The translations under genes were made by a program, and so were the position numbers. This document shows, piece after piece, positions 18,901 through 29,071 of a stretch of DNA of 64,000 bases. Below the pieces are notes generated by a model. It was not told where the DNA came from and made no database searches. It was given only the letters and a program-made list of their open reading frames with translations. Source of the DNA: an uncultured Pseudanabaenaceae cyanobacterium (GTDB lineage: Bacteria > Cyanobacteriota > Cyanobacteriia > PCC-9006 > JAAUQQ01). The stretch covers positions 21,173-85,172 of the forward strand of contig CALLAT010000074.1 in NCBI GenBank assembly GCA_938002085.1. Reading direction: 5' to 3'. Numbering within the stretch: the first letter of the stretch is position 1; every line of letters begins with the position of its first letter.

Positions 18901-19376
18901 GACTGAACCTCTCCAGTGACAACCAAACCAGCGCGCAGCTTAGACCGCTGAGAACGAGCCTGGAGCTGAAGCAACCGACTCAAACTCCAAGCGGTGATGG
19001 CCAGCGTCACCATCGTGCCCAACACCAGTGCCGTCACCAACGGCAGCCACTCAGCCCCCAAACGCTGAAAGTGGAGGATCACTCCCACCCCCGCTGGAAT
19101 AAACAGCAAAGAGAGATGACTCAGCAACGTCGTTGCCGCCGCATCCAGCTCAGGCCAGGAACGGCCCCGTAGCACCAACGTCCCCAACAAGGCAAACATG
19201 CCCACTACGGGCCCAGGCAACGGCAACCCTGTTACCCGGACCAGGACCTCACCCATCAGTTCAAACACCAACAGCAGCAGCAATGTATTAATCACTTCGT
19301 ACCTCCATGGCTCAGGGATGAGCGACTGGTCGCTTGGAGCCATCATTCCCCAAGCATCCTCTGAAATCCGTTGCAT
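18897..19376 (-). CDS. lrgA: CidA/LrgA-family holin-like membrane protein
   Basis: 159-aa ORF with 4 predicted TM helices. GLPLPGPVVGMFALL and LSLLFIPAGVGVI are typical of LrgA. It is translationally coupled to lrgB. The true start may be internal (MMAPSD...). Confidence 0.75.
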   Translation of the reverse strand: MQRISEDAWGMMAPSDQSLIPEPWRYEVINTLLLLLVFELMGEVLVRVTGLPLPGPVVGMFALLGTLVLRGRSWPELDAAATTLLSHLSLLFIPAGVGVILHFQRLGAEWLPLVTALVLGTMVTLAITAWSLSRLLQLQARSQRSKLRAGLVVTGEVQS

Positions 19377-19632
19377 CAGCTGCGGTTTTACCCCTTAACT
19401 TATAAATCTTTCCTTGGCTTAACCGCTGGCATCCTCTATGGCATGCCCCCAAACTTCAGCCTCACCAAACCTCGGAAAAACGAGCCTGGTATTGCATCCT
19501 AAGCAATTTTGCTTATCGCGGGCCTGTTCCATTGCCCCCAGTCGATCTAGCCTACAGCTCACTTGGGGCCAAGCTCCGCAACACCTCAATCCGATAGATT
19601 TAAAGGCATCCCTTTAGCTCGGTTGCCTCACC

Positions 19633-20094
19633 ATGCCCAGACAGCGCCGCTCTATTCGAACCCTGCAACGCCTGGGAAGCGATAAGTCATTTCGCAGTGG
19701 CATTAGTAGCTTTGAGAGCTTTATCTCTAAAGTGCTGGCGATCGCCATGATCATCGTCATCCTAGTTTCAATTTGGGATCTAGGTTTAGTCCTGTTTGAC
19801 AGCGTGATCCAAAAGCCAGCCCCCTTCCTCAACAAAACGCTCCTCGAAATCTTTGGCCTCTTCCTAACGGTCCTCATTGCCCTGGAGCTACTGCAAAACA
19901 TCACAGCCTACCTGCAAGACCATAAAGTCCAGCTGGAACTGGTCATCGTCACCTCTCTAACCGCCGTGGCTCGCAAGATCATCTTGCTTGACCTAGACAA
20001 GGTCACCGGCACGGAGCTGATTGGCCTTGCCATAGCCGTACTCACGCTTTCCGTCAGCTATGGCATCATCAAGATTACGAGCGACAACCACTGA
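19633..20094 (+). CDS. PsiE-like (phosphate-starvation-inducible E family) membrane protein
   Basis: 153-aa ORF with ATG at 19633 and four hydrophobic segments. LEIFGLFLTVLIALELLQNI...LELVIVTSLTAVARKIILLD resembles the PsiE family. Confidence 0.6.
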   Translation: MPRQRRSIRTLQRLGSDKSFRSGISSFESFISKVLAIAMIIVILVSIWDLGLVLFDSVIQKPAPFLNKTLLEIFGLFLTVLIALELLQNITAYLQDHKVQLELVIVTSLTAVARKIILLDLDKVTGTELIGLAIAVLTLSVSYGIIKITSDNH

Positions 20095-20147
20095 CGGCCC
20101 CCGCAGATTGAACGCCTTAGGCCATCCCGCTGCGCCATGGCGTCGGC

Positions 20148-22031
20148 TTAAAACAGACCTAATGCTTCTTCAGTCTTAACCGAAGTGACATTGCCTGCAG
20201 GTCGCTGCTGCTGATAGCGCAGTAAACCATTGGTTACCACAACCTGATTGATAGCCTTAGCCTGACAGCTCGACAAAATCTCCTGGGCCACCGCAGCGGC
20301 CGTTTGATCAAACTGTTGCTGCGGCATCTGAAGGAGAACTTGATTCTGCAAGTTCACCTGAAGCGTCTGGGTTACTTGGTTTAGAGTCGCATAGGCATGG
20401 GGTTGGGCAGCATTGTTGAAGCTATTCACACATTGCTCATGATTTGTCGTCGTCACAAGGGAGGTTGGCATCGAAGGCTCTTGGGCCTCTTGTCCAGCCC
20501 CACTCACGGCCTGACTTGGCGAATCCGCCTGTATGGCACTACGGCTCACCGCCAAAGGATTAGATCGCGCATCAACTTGCTGACGATTCATCACGTTATT
20601 CAACAATGAGAAGCCAGACCCTAAGGCAAACGTTACCCCAGCGACCATCGCCAGCCCCGTCTTGGTCTTCATGGCTCGCTGCTTAGGCAAAGAACGAATC
20701 TCACGCACCATGCGAACCGGAATGTCCCTGGGAATCGCATTCCGTAGGTGATAAGGCGTTTCTAGATCAACGCTAAAGCGCTCCTTCGCACGACCATAGT
20801 GAAATCGGAGTGCATCGGCAGAAATTTCGACTTTGTGAACCCAACTCCAGGGCACCATCCAAACCTCTAGGCCCTGGCGATTGCTGTTCGCGCTTCCAGA
20901 GGAATCACGACGCTTCGGCTGGGAAAGCGAAATCACTCGCTGATCCGTAAAAATCAAGCCGCAACCGCGATCGCGCTTCCGAACCGGCACCAAATCGATC
21001 AAGCGCTCATTCTCAGCCAGCGTATCTGCTAGATAGTGAGAGAGGGTGCCAATGGTGTAATGCTGACGCTGCTTCGCCAAAGCATGGAGACGGGCATCAT
21101 CCTTCACGGTTTGGGCAAACCAGCTACTCTTCTCCGTAATAAATGCTCGGTATAGATCGTATCCCGTCAGAGCTGCCAAGGTGGGGGATGCGGGCTTACC
21201 CTTCAATGGCTGCGCAGCCATTGAATAGGGCGGCTGTTGTTCTCCAGTGGAAACCTCAAGCCCAGCTAGACGCCGGGACAATTCAGAGGCCTCCAAGCGC
21301 TGGGCAGATAGCAAAGGCTCAACCGGCTCTCCAGGGTCAACCAGCGGCGAAAGACCCACTTCAGTTTCCTGAGGAGAATCGATGCGTGGAAAGTGGTCAA
21401 GGGACAAAGGAACCCAAGGCGCTTCAGCTTGCTGCAGCTCCATTTCCCAAGGATCTTCCAGCTCTAAATCAGCCCCGTCAAGCTCAATGGGGGTCAGCTC
21501 TACGGCTGATGCCTGGAGTTCGACCTCAAGCTCAGGTCCAACCGACGGCACATCCACATTGCTCGAAGCATCTGTGACAGTCGTATTAGCTGCTGTCGAA
21601 ACCACAGCATAGCGATCGCGCTCAGCCTCACAGGCCAAGCGAGAGGCCTCTGCCCCGGTCAGTCCAAAGGCCTCCGGCGTCAGCGATGCTCGGTGGGAGA
21701 AGTAGCGATCTAGATCAATAACACTCATCCAGCCCGGAGCATCAGAGGCCGAAGCCTCAGACTCGCCCGAAGTCTCAGCCTCGGAGCAATAGCCATAGAG
21801 CTTAATCGCCTCTAGGCCAGCCTGATCCGAAGCCTCCAGCTCAGCTTCAATCGTCATCATCGCCAGGAGGGGATCTGGGCAAATAGCCCCAACCAGGTCA
21901 ACGACCAGGGAATCTCCCTCACGCACAACCGCAGCGGTCCAACCGTGGGGTTCAACAGCAGCTTGAATTTGCGCTGTCAGCGCCACCAAAGTCATCGGTC
22001 GGGCCTGAACTGCTAAAGCTTGCCTTGCCAT
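20148..22031 (-). CDS. Hypothetical 627-aa protein (N-terminal orphan module, acidic linker, PH-like core, one TM helix, Q/N-rich C-terminus)
   Basis: Long ORF with ATG at 22031 and no recognisable enzymatic motif. It has one TM helix (TGLAMVAGVTFALGSGFSLL). The N-terminal ~90 aa resemble the module repeated in the 39401..42625 protein. Confidence 0.7.
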   Translation of the reverse strand: MARQALAVQARPMTLVALTAQIQAAVEPHGWTAAVVREGDSLVVDLVGAICPDPLLAMMTIEAELEASDQAGLEAIKLYGYCSEAETSGESEASASDAPGWMSVIDLDRYFSHRASLTPEAFGLTGAEASRLACEAERDRYAVVSTAANTTVTDASSNVDVPSVGPELEVELQASAVELTPIELDGADLELEDPWEMELQQAEAPWVPLSLDHFPRIDSPQETEVGLSPLVDPGEPVEPLLSAQRLEASELSRRLAGLEVSTGEQQPPYSMAAQPLKGKPASPTLAALTGYDLYRAFITEKSSWFAQTVKDDARLHALAKQRQHYTIGTLSHYLADTLAENERLIDLVPVRKRDRGCGLIFTDQRVISLSQPKRRDSSGSANSNRQGLEVWMVPWSWVHKVEISADALRFHYGRAKERFSVDLETPYHLRNAIPRDIPVRMVREIRSLPKQRAMKTKTGLAMVAGVTFALGSGFSLLNNVMNRQQVDARSNPLAVSRSAIQADSPSQAVSGAGQEAQEPSMPTSLVTTTNHEQCVNSFNNAAQPHAYATLNQVTQTLQVNLQNQVLLQMPQQQFDQTAAAVAQEILSSCQAKAINQVVVTNGLLRYQQQRPAGNVTSVKTEEALGLF

Positions 22032-22257
22032 ATTCCGAGCTCACCAGAAACACACCGACTAGCTTGAAAATTGGACATTTCAGGGAAAGACCTCGCTATC
22101 CCCAATCAGCCCATTCATCAAGCTTCATCTATCTCCTAGTAAATCCATGGAACAACCGGAGATTTTTATACATAAGAAAGTACCACCCAGCGGTAATTTG
22201 ACTAGGAAACCTCTGAGAAACTACTCAAATTTGTAAAAAATATTTCTCCCTCACCCT

Positions 22258-23766
22258 CTAGAGGCGGCAAGCTTTTCGATTGGCATCGTTCTGGGGTTGC
22301 TGCCAAGAATAGGCAAAGTGACTCACCGTCTGCACCTGGGCTGAAGTGGATTGCAGTGCCACCATCTGCACTTCCAGGCTGGGACGGTTGCCATAGGACT
22401 TGCCCCAAGAACCAGCTAGGGCGGGCTGAACTTTGACGCCCGCAGGTGAATTATTCAACACTCGCTTGACTTCATCCACAATGCAGCTTGCCAACCCACA
22501 GTCCGCATAGGCCATGGGGTGCCATTCTAAGCGGGACGAAAACCGCTCCCAGGGCTGGAGGCGCGAGTCAAAGCCCTGCTGACCCACCGTTTTATTGGCA
22601 CTGGGAAAAAACACCGCTCCCGCAGGAATTCCACTCTCTTGAGCTGGCTTCGCTGCCGTATTCAAAAAGTCCACGACCCCTTGGTAAGCATGGGCAACAC
22701 TCAACAACCAAAGATCTTGCTGAAGTCGCTGCTGACGCTGCTTAACCGCCTTTTTATCCAGTTTGGGAGGAATACGCCCCTGCCACATCGGGCCACTTTC
22801 ACCAGGATACTTCTTCATCACTTGCTGAAGATCTCCGAGATCCACATAACCGCGATTGAGGAAGCGGCGAATCATTTCACGTCCCTGGTTATTGGTCGCC
22901 CGGCGAACCAAGGCCTCCTTCGAAGCAGGACTGTAGACCAATAGATCTTTGACATTGCCTGCCACAGAAGCAGCACCGCTGCCTCGGGGGTAGCGAATGT
23001 AGTCGAACAAAATGCCATCAGGACGGCGCTCCGCCACTTCCCGCACCAGATTGGAATAGTCGCGAATGGCTTCTCGGTTGTAGGGATCGATAAAGGCTTG
23101 GGGACCGTCAGCCACCAGCTCCAAACTGGTTTGGCCCTTGCCATTCCGGGCCAAGGAAGACCCTCGACTATCGGTGTAGGACTCACCAAAGTTCATGCTG
23201 TACATCCAGGCATAGACTTTGAGGCCTCGCTTCCGCCCCTTCTCAATCGCCTGGGCCAGCAAATCCGTATCGGCATAGTCGCGATCGCCCACCACCGAAG
23301 GCCAGGGCGTGCTGTTGTCATTCAGGGGCAGCAGGGCCTTACCGCTGTAAAACGTCTCTACATAAACTTGGTTGTAGCCTTGATTCACCGCCTGATCCAG
23401 CACCTGTTCCAAGACGCCGGGCTTGATGTCGCAAGGGTAAAGCCGCACCCAGAGGGCCTGGTTTTGAGGCCAATTGCGGCGGCGGCAATCCGCTAGCTCG
23501 TCCCGATGCTCCTTAATCAGACGTTCATAGCGTTTGCGAGACTTGTTATTACCTTCTGCGGTCTCCCTCAAAAGCTCACTCTTGCGGCTCACGGCTTCCG
23601 CTTCTTGCTGACAAGCCAAGGGGTCTCGGTTTTGAGCCGCCGCAGGCTGGACAAAGCCAAAGTTAGCCAAGCCCAAAATTATGCTGAGGGCTAAAGCAGG
23701 TTTGCGAACCTTTTTAGGGCTCCGGGAAGGCTGTCCTTGCAAGGCTGGAAACGGGGTAGATGACAT
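22258..23766 (-). CDS. Glycoside-hydrolase-like family 10 (GHL10/DUF187, YngK-like) protein
   Basis: The ORF track gives 22258..23847 (GTG). The ATG at 23766 gives a leader with a TM/signal segment (KPALALSIILGLANFGFVQPAAA). YNQVYVETFYSGKALLP, GLKVYAWM and DGILFDYIRYP match the GHL10 TIM-barrel family. Confidence 0.7.
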   Translation of the reverse strand: MSSTPFPALQGQPSRSPKKVRKPALALSIILGLANFGFVQPAAAQNRDPLACQQEAEAVSRKSELLRETAEGNNKSRKRYERLIKEHRDELADCRRRNWPQNQALWVRLYPCDIKPGVLEQVLDQAVNQGYNQVYVETFYSGKALLPLNDNSTPWPSVVGDRDYADTDLLAQAIEKGRKRGLKVYAWMYSMNFGESYTDSRGSSLARNGKGQTSLELVADGPQAFIDPYNREAIRDYSNLVREVAERRPDGILFDYIRYPRGSGAASVAGNVKDLLVYSPASKEALVRRATNNQGREMIRRFLNRGYVDLGDLQQVMKKYPGESGPMWQGRIPPKLDKKAVKQRQQRLQQDLWLLSVAHAYQGVVDFLNTAAKPAQESGIPAGAVFFPSANKTVGQQGFDSRLQPWERFSSRLEWHPMAYADCGLASCIVDEVKRVLNNSPAGVKVQPALAGSWGKSYGNRPSLEVQMVALQSTSAQVQTVSHFAYSWQQPQNDANRKACRL

Positions 23767-24085
23767 CAACGACTTTGCCTCAACACAGTGAACAATAGGC
23801 GCAGGGTCCAAGGCGATCGCCTCAGTCCAAGACTTAGTGCCGGTCACATCACTCCGGACCTTTATGACTTACCAGACCTGGAGGTGGCAGACAGTGATGT
23901 GACTCGCAAGCGTCCTAACCAATTAGGTCGTTGCTCAAACCGATTAGCAATGCATTTCGATAGCGAATGGCACACATCCGTACAAAACACAGCCTTAACA
24001 GACATCCAGGGAAAAGATGCTGCTCTATCTCCAATGGAACGCTCGTTTAGATTAGTGAGAATTAAAGCGAACTTTATTCCATAGG

Positions 24086-24116
24086 GAAAGCGGGCAGCCT
24101 GGGCAACCCGCTTTTC
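24086..24116 (-). terminator. Stem-loop ~100 nt downstream of ppc (possible terminator)
   Basis: gaaagcggg (24086-24094) pairs with cccgctttt (24107-24115). It lies in the ppc 3' region. The hairpin is imperfect and has no strong T-run on the minus strand. Confidence 0.3.
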
Positions 24117-24217
24117 CGACATGTGCTTTCTTTTGACCCGAACGGAATGAAAATGTTCCAATTCCCTTGAATCAAGAGGCCTAGGTTCTCTCCTGAGACC
24201 CACTGAATCTTCAGGAA

Positions 24218-27200
24218 TCACCCCGTGTTCCGCATACCCGCTGCAATACCGTTGATGGTGAGTAGAGCACCGCGCAATAGTTCCCCCTTGCTGTAGCGCG
24301 ATCGCGCCATGCCCATGCGGGTCTGGGACTTGTGCTGGCGCAGTCGCTTCAGCAGAGATACCTGCAGGAAGCCCAGGGGCACGATGGTGCCATTGCGCAG
24401 CTGCACTGAGCGCTGGAGGCTGGGGTCACCATCTAGGAGACGCTCATGGCGCGCAATGCTCAGCACTAACTCCCGAGTGAGATTGTATTCATCCTCAATT
24501 TGCTTGAAGACCTTGTAGAGGCGATCGCGATCCTCAGGCTTAGATAGCTCATCCACATAATGCTCAGCAATCTGCATATCCACCTTCGACAGCGTCATCT
24601 CCACCTTGGAAATAACCATCTTAAAGAAGGGCCATTTGTCGTAGAAATAGCGCAGTAGCAGCAGGTTACGTTCAGGGCGCTCATCCACAAAAGACTTAAG
24701 CGCACTGCCCACACCGTACCAAGCCGGTAGCAAGAAGCGGCTTTGAGTCCAGCTAAACACCCAAGGAATGGCCCGCAGGCTACTCAGGTCTTTTTTGCCA
24801 GACTTGCGCCGGGCAGGTCGAGAGCTGATTTGCAGCTGACTAATTTCTTCAATGGGAGTCACCTGGTGGAAAAAGTCCAGTAGGTCAGGCTGCTCATAGA
24901 TCAAAGAGCGATAGTGGTTGCGAGACTGGACCGACAGATTCTCCATAATGTCGTTCCAGGAGGCAATGTCATCAAAACCACTGTGGAGCAGGCTGGCCTG
25001 GATCACCGCCGTGGTGATGGTCTCTAAGTTGTAAAGCGCCAGCTCAGGCAAGGAGTACTTCGAGGCCAGGACTTCGCCCTGCTCAGTAATCTTGATGCGG
25101 CCATCGATACTACGACTGGGCTGGGCCAGGATCGCTTCGTAAGCTGGACCACCGCCACGACCCACGGACCCACCGCGACCGTGGAAAATGCGCAGAGCCA
25201 CGCCGTAGTTATCGGAAATCCGGTGCAGCGCTTTCTGGGCCTTGTGGATTTCCCAGTTACTGCTGAGGAAGCCAGAATCCTTATTGCTATCGGAATAGCC
25301 CAGCATGACTTCCTGCAACGGTAGTCGCTCCGGGAACTCGGCCTTCGGTCGTTCTCCTTCACCCCCATCATTTTCAGCCTCTGCCGCATCAGGCTCCGCC
25401 TTGGCCTGCTCATAGCCATCCTTTAGGAGCGCAGAGTAGAGCGGCATACGGAACAGGTCATCCATCACCTTGGGAGCCCGGCGCAAATCTTCCACTGTTT
25501 CGAACAGCGGCACAATTTGCAATCCGCCTTTGCCCGTCACGGGATCATACAGCCCGGCTTCCTGGGACAGGAGCAGCACCTCCAGCATGTCGCTGACATC
25601 CTGGCACATGCTGATGATGTAGGTCTGGCAGATCTCTGGGCCAAACTCCAGCTGGAGCTGACGCACCACCCGGAAGGTTTCGATGGTTTCCCGAGCGGTG
25701 TCAGAAAACGGCAGTTCTGCGGGGGCGAGGGGTCTGCGGTTAGACAGCTCCTTCACCAACCAATCCACTCGCTCTGCTTCGTCCATTTCCCGATAGGGCT
25801 TGGGCAAGATTTGCAGGTAGCTGGTGATCTCGTCGATGGTGGCAGAATGGCGGGAGCTTTCCTGGCGAATGTCCAGCAGGGCTAGGTTAAAGCCGTAGAT
25901 TTCCACCTGACAAATCAGGGTTTCTAGCTCGTAGCAATTCAGGCCCGTTGCCTCAACGCTGCGTTGGATCAGCCGCAACTCCTCCAAGAATTCAGCTCCG
26001 GAGTGATAGATCATCTCCGATTGGGACTCAGCCAGATCGTGATCCAGCACATCCAGCTTGTGGACGATTTTGTTGCGAGCCAGGGTGTTTTTGAGGCGCT
26101 GCTTAATGTAGGCCAACTTGAGCCGGTAGGGCTCCTGGCGATAGCGAATGGCGAGGTTTTCGTAGACCTCGGGCATGTCAGCCTGCTCATTTTCCAGAGA
26201 TTCAAGCAGCTCTGGCAGCACTTCACTCCAATGGAGGGACTGACTCAGCAGGTTTTGTAGCTGACGCACCGCATTGAGGTACTTATCCAAAACGATGCCG
26301 CGCTGGTAGCAAGCCGTTTGCCAGGTGACCTGGGGGGTTACGGAAGGGTTGCCATCGCGATCGCTGCCCACCCAGGAGCCAAAGCGACAGAAGTTCTGGT
26401 GGGGCACCGTCAAAGATTTAAAAGCATCCCCCAAAGCTCCCTGACAACGCAGGTAGAGCTGGGGAATCACATCAAACAAGACCTCCTGGAAATAATGGAG
26501 GGTGTAATCCACTTCATCAAGGACCGTGGGCTTGAACTGATGTAATTCATCGGTACGCCACCAGAGCCGAATCTCCTCGGTCATTTGACGGCGCAACTGA
26601 TCCACTTCCCAGGACTTCCCAGGGTTGATCACCCCTTGGGATTCAAGCTGATCGAGCTTACGCAAGATGCCCACAATACGCCGCTGCTTATCGCGAATAG
26701 TGTGGCGCACAATTTCCGTGGGGTGAGCCGTAAACACCAAGCGAATATCCAGCTGCTCCAGCATGTTCTGAATTTGCTGGGGGGGGACGTTGAGTTGCTT
26801 CAGTTTGGGAAACAAACTGCGGAAGGTCTCAGGCTGGCTGATGGGAGGGCAATCGCCAGTCTTGTCCTGCTGGCTCATCCAGCTTTCATCAGACTCAAAA
26901 TCTGCCGTATCCCGAGCCGCCTCTGAGATGGGATAGTAGCGATCTAATAAAGATTCATTGTCAGTCGGAGCCTGGGCATCAGCCTGTTCATAAGCATCGC
27001 GATGCTGCTGCTGCTCATAATGCTGCTCAACAATATTGATCAGCTGGAAATACAGCGCAAACGCTCGAGCAGAGCGGATCGCACTATCTAGATCTAGCTT
27101 TTCAACCACATGGAGCAAGTCTTGCTCCACTGCTTCAGCCTGGCCTTCTGGCGAACTGAGGTCCCGAAGCTGAGTCAACAAGTCAATCAGCTCTTGGCCG

Positions 27201-27370
27201 CATTCCTGTCGCAAAACCGCTTCCCACTGGTCCTCCACGAACTTGAGGCGGTGGCGCAGAGCCAGATCATTGGCGGAAGTGGCGTTAGGAGTCACAGAAG
27301 ATTCTGACGGGGTGGAATTAAGCAGGTCGAGGTTAGACGCGCCGTCCGGCGATTGCAGACTGGGGCTCAT
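24218..27370 (-). CDS. ppc: Phosphoenolpyruvate carboxylase
   Basis: 1050-aa ORF with ATG at 27370. Hallmark motifs [32 protein letters not shown], and the C-terminal ...AAGMRNTG. Confidence 0.95.
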   Translation of the reverse strand: MSPSLQSPDGASNLDLLNSTPSESSVTPNATSANDLALRHRLKFVEDQWEAVLRQECGQELIDLLTQLRDLSSPEGQAEAVEQDLLHVVEKLDLDSAIRSARAFALYFQLINIVEQHYEQQQHRDAYEQADAQAPTDNESLLDRYYPISEAARDTADFESDESWMSQQDKTGDCPPISQPETFRSLFPKLKQLNVPPQQIQNMLEQLDIRLVFTAHPTEIVRHTIRDKQRRIVGILRKLDQLESQGVINPGKSWEVDQLRRQMTEEIRLWWRTDELHQFKPTVLDEVDYTLHYFQEVLFDVIPQLYLRCQGALGDAFKSLTVPHQNFCRFGSWVGSDRDGNPSVTPQVTWQTACYQRGIVLDKYLNAVRQLQNLLSQSLHWSEVLPELLESLENEQADMPEVYENLAIRYRQEPYRLKLAYIKQRLKNTLARNKIVHKLDVLDHDLAESQSEMIYHSGAEFLEELRLIQRSVEATGLNCYELETLICQVEIYGFNLALLDIRQESSRHSATIDEITSYLQILPKPYREMDEAERVDWLVKELSNRRPLAPAELPFSDTARETIETFRVVRQLQLEFGPEICQTYIISMCQDVSDMLEVLLLSQEAGLYDPVTGKGGLQIVPLFETVEDLRRAPKVMDDLFRMPLYSALLKDGYEQAKAEPDAAEAENDGGEGERPKAEFPERLPLQEVMLGYSDSNKDSGFLSSNWEIHKAQKALHRISDNYGVALRIFHGRGGSVGRGGGPAYEAILAQPSRSIDGRIKITEQGEVLASKYSLPELALYNLETITTAVIQASLLHSGFDDIASWNDIMENLSVQSRNHYRSLIYEQPDLLDFFHQVTPIEEISQLQISSRPARRKSGKKDLSSLRAIPWVFSWTQSRFLLPAWYGVGSALKSFVDERPERNLLLLRYFYDKWPFFKMVISKVEMTLSKVDMQIAEHYVDELSKPEDRDRLYKVFKQIEDEYNLTRELVLSIARHERLLDGDPSLQRSVQLRNGTIVPLGFLQVSLLKRLRQHKSQTRMGMARSRYSKGELLRGALLTINGIAAGMRNTG

Positions 27371-27580
27371 TACAGCGGACTCTATCTGACGATTACCTAC
27401 TGATTTTACGGGATGGCCTGCGGTGAAAACTGCCGAAGAGGAGAATTCGTAGGATGTCTATGATTAACCCAGGGGAAAGACAAGGCAGGCATATCAGCTC
27501 ATCCCCCCCCTGTCAGCATCGGTTGATACGTCGATTATGAACCAAATCTTTAGCGGTTTAAGGCTTTAACCAGGCTCCGG

Positions 27581-28888
27581 TTAATCCGCAGGAATCGTGG
27601 CAGCTGTAGCAGGCGGTTGTGGCTCTCGATAGAACAGAAACAACACCATTCCCCAGAGGGCCAAGAGCTTTGCGCCATCCGAAATCAACGTTGCCCAAAC
27701 TGCGCCCTGCCAAGAGTAGGTCGGAATCAGCCAGAGATTAAGACCGATGTTCAACAGCGCAGTAGCAACATTCACACCGCTACGCCAGGACTGAAACCCT
27801 GCCCCTGTGAGACTATCCGCAGCGATCGCCTGGACGCCCAACATCAACACGTAAGGCGATAGCCAACGCAAGACCACCACGGTATCGGCATAGGCATCCC
27901 CCAACAAACGAGGCAACAGGGGAGCCAGCCAGATAAAACCAGCCGTTGCCAGGCCCCCATAGGCCAAAACCGCTGGCAGCAAGCGCCTACCCACACTAAA
28001 GCTGCCCCGAATTCCATTGGCGCCATGTTTGAAATACCGCATGTAGGCATTGCCAAACAGCACATGCAAAGGCGTATAGGCTGAAGTCAAAAATCGGCTG
28101 CCCGCCGCATAAAGACCCGTCGCTTCAAAGGTCGCCGCACTGGCCAGCATGGTTTTATCAATATCGCCATTAATCTTCTCAGCGGAATAACTCAAGGAAA
28201 AGAGAACCCCTTCCTTCAAATTATTCAGGGCCAAAGCCGGTCTATATTTCGGCATCCCCAAGCTGGAGCAAACTAATCCCACAGAATAGAGGGCCGTCAC
28301 CACGGAGCTAATGCAATATAGCCAGGCCCAGGTTGTAATCGTTGGACTCCAAACGCCTAGAACCAAAATCAGCGCCGCCATCAACTTGTTCGTTGAATAG
28401 AGAAAGTCGGTCTGGGCGACCTGATAAAGCTTGTCGAAGGAAGATAAAGCATCTCCAGAGATATTCCAAAGCGTCAAACAGAAAATATCGGAGAACAGAA
28501 TCAACGAAACGATCAGAGGAGAGCCATGGTCTGCGAAGAAAATTTGGGAAGCTGCCAGGCAAGCACCAATCAGCAGCGCGCTGGAAATAAAAGCCGTGAG
28601 TAGGGCATTACCCCAATACACCGAGAACAGAGAGCGATCGCGCGAAACGTTCTTAATCAAGATGTCGCCACTGCCAAAACCCGCAAAGGAAATCAGCAAA
28701 GAAGCCATGGCTGAAACACCGATAAACAGGCCATATTCTTCCACCGTCAATGCCCGCGCCACTAAAACGAAGTAGCCCAGCTGCATCCCCAATCCGCCCA
28801 GGCGAGCAATCAGCGTCCAAAAAGTCTTACGGAAGAACTGATGCTGATAAATTTTGGCAAGCCGGTCTTTCAAGAATTGGAGCATCAT
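27581..28888 (-). CDS. wzx: Wzx-type oligosaccharide flippase (MOP superfamily polysaccharide biosynthesis protein)
   Basis: The ORF track gives 27581..28951. The ATG pair at 28888/28885 gives MMLQFLKDRLAKIY. It is a ~435-aa polytopic protein with the typical flippase N-terminus (F..TFWTLIARLGGLGMQLGYFVLVAR). Confidence 0.7.
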   Translation of the reverse strand: MMLQFLKDRLAKIYQHQFFRKTFWTLIARLGGLGMQLGYFVLVARALTVEEYGLFIGVSAMASLLISFAGFGSGDILIKNVSRDRSLFSVYWGNALLTAFISSALLIGACLAASQIFFADHGSPLIVSLILFSDIFCLTLWNISGDALSSFDKLYQVAQTDFLYSTNKLMAALILVLGVWSPTITTWAWLYCISSVVTALYSVGLVCSSLGMPKYRPALALNNLKEGVLFSLSYSAEKINGDIDKTMLASAATFEATGLYAAGSRFLTSAYTPLHVLFGNAYMRYFKHGANGIRGSFSVGRRLLPAVLAYGGLATAGFIWLAPLLPRLLGDAYADTVVVLRWLSPYVLMLGVQAIAADSLTGAGFQSWRSGVNVATALLNIGLNLWLIPTYSWQGAVWATLISDGAKLLALWGMVLFLFYREPQPPATAATIPAD

Positions 28889-29071
28889 CGTGGGGGAAGA
28901 AAGAAAACGGCTGGAAGAACATCTGTAGAAGTCACAGAAAGCTCCAAGCATTAGATGGCTGTTCAGACGTTACAGAGCAGTCCCATAGAGCGAACGAATT
29001 GTAGTGAACTGTTCAAAGCGCTTTAGCATGACCCCAAAGGCTACAAACTAAAGGAGTGACCAAACGAGCTG

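Noticed and set aside
18897-19376. LrgA/LrgB pair as a possible phage-derived holin/antiholin lysis cassette.
   Set aside because: There are no neighbouring endolysin or phage genes. LrgAB homologues are widespread chromosomal membrane transport or regulation proteins in cyanobacteria and plastids, so this is ordinary.
23862-24221. 119-aa minus-strand ORF in the spacer between ppc and the GHL10 gene.
   Set aside because: It overlaps the ppc stop region. Its composition is Arg/Ser-rich with no motif, and the region is better explained as the ppc 3' UTR/terminator plus the GHL10 promoter.
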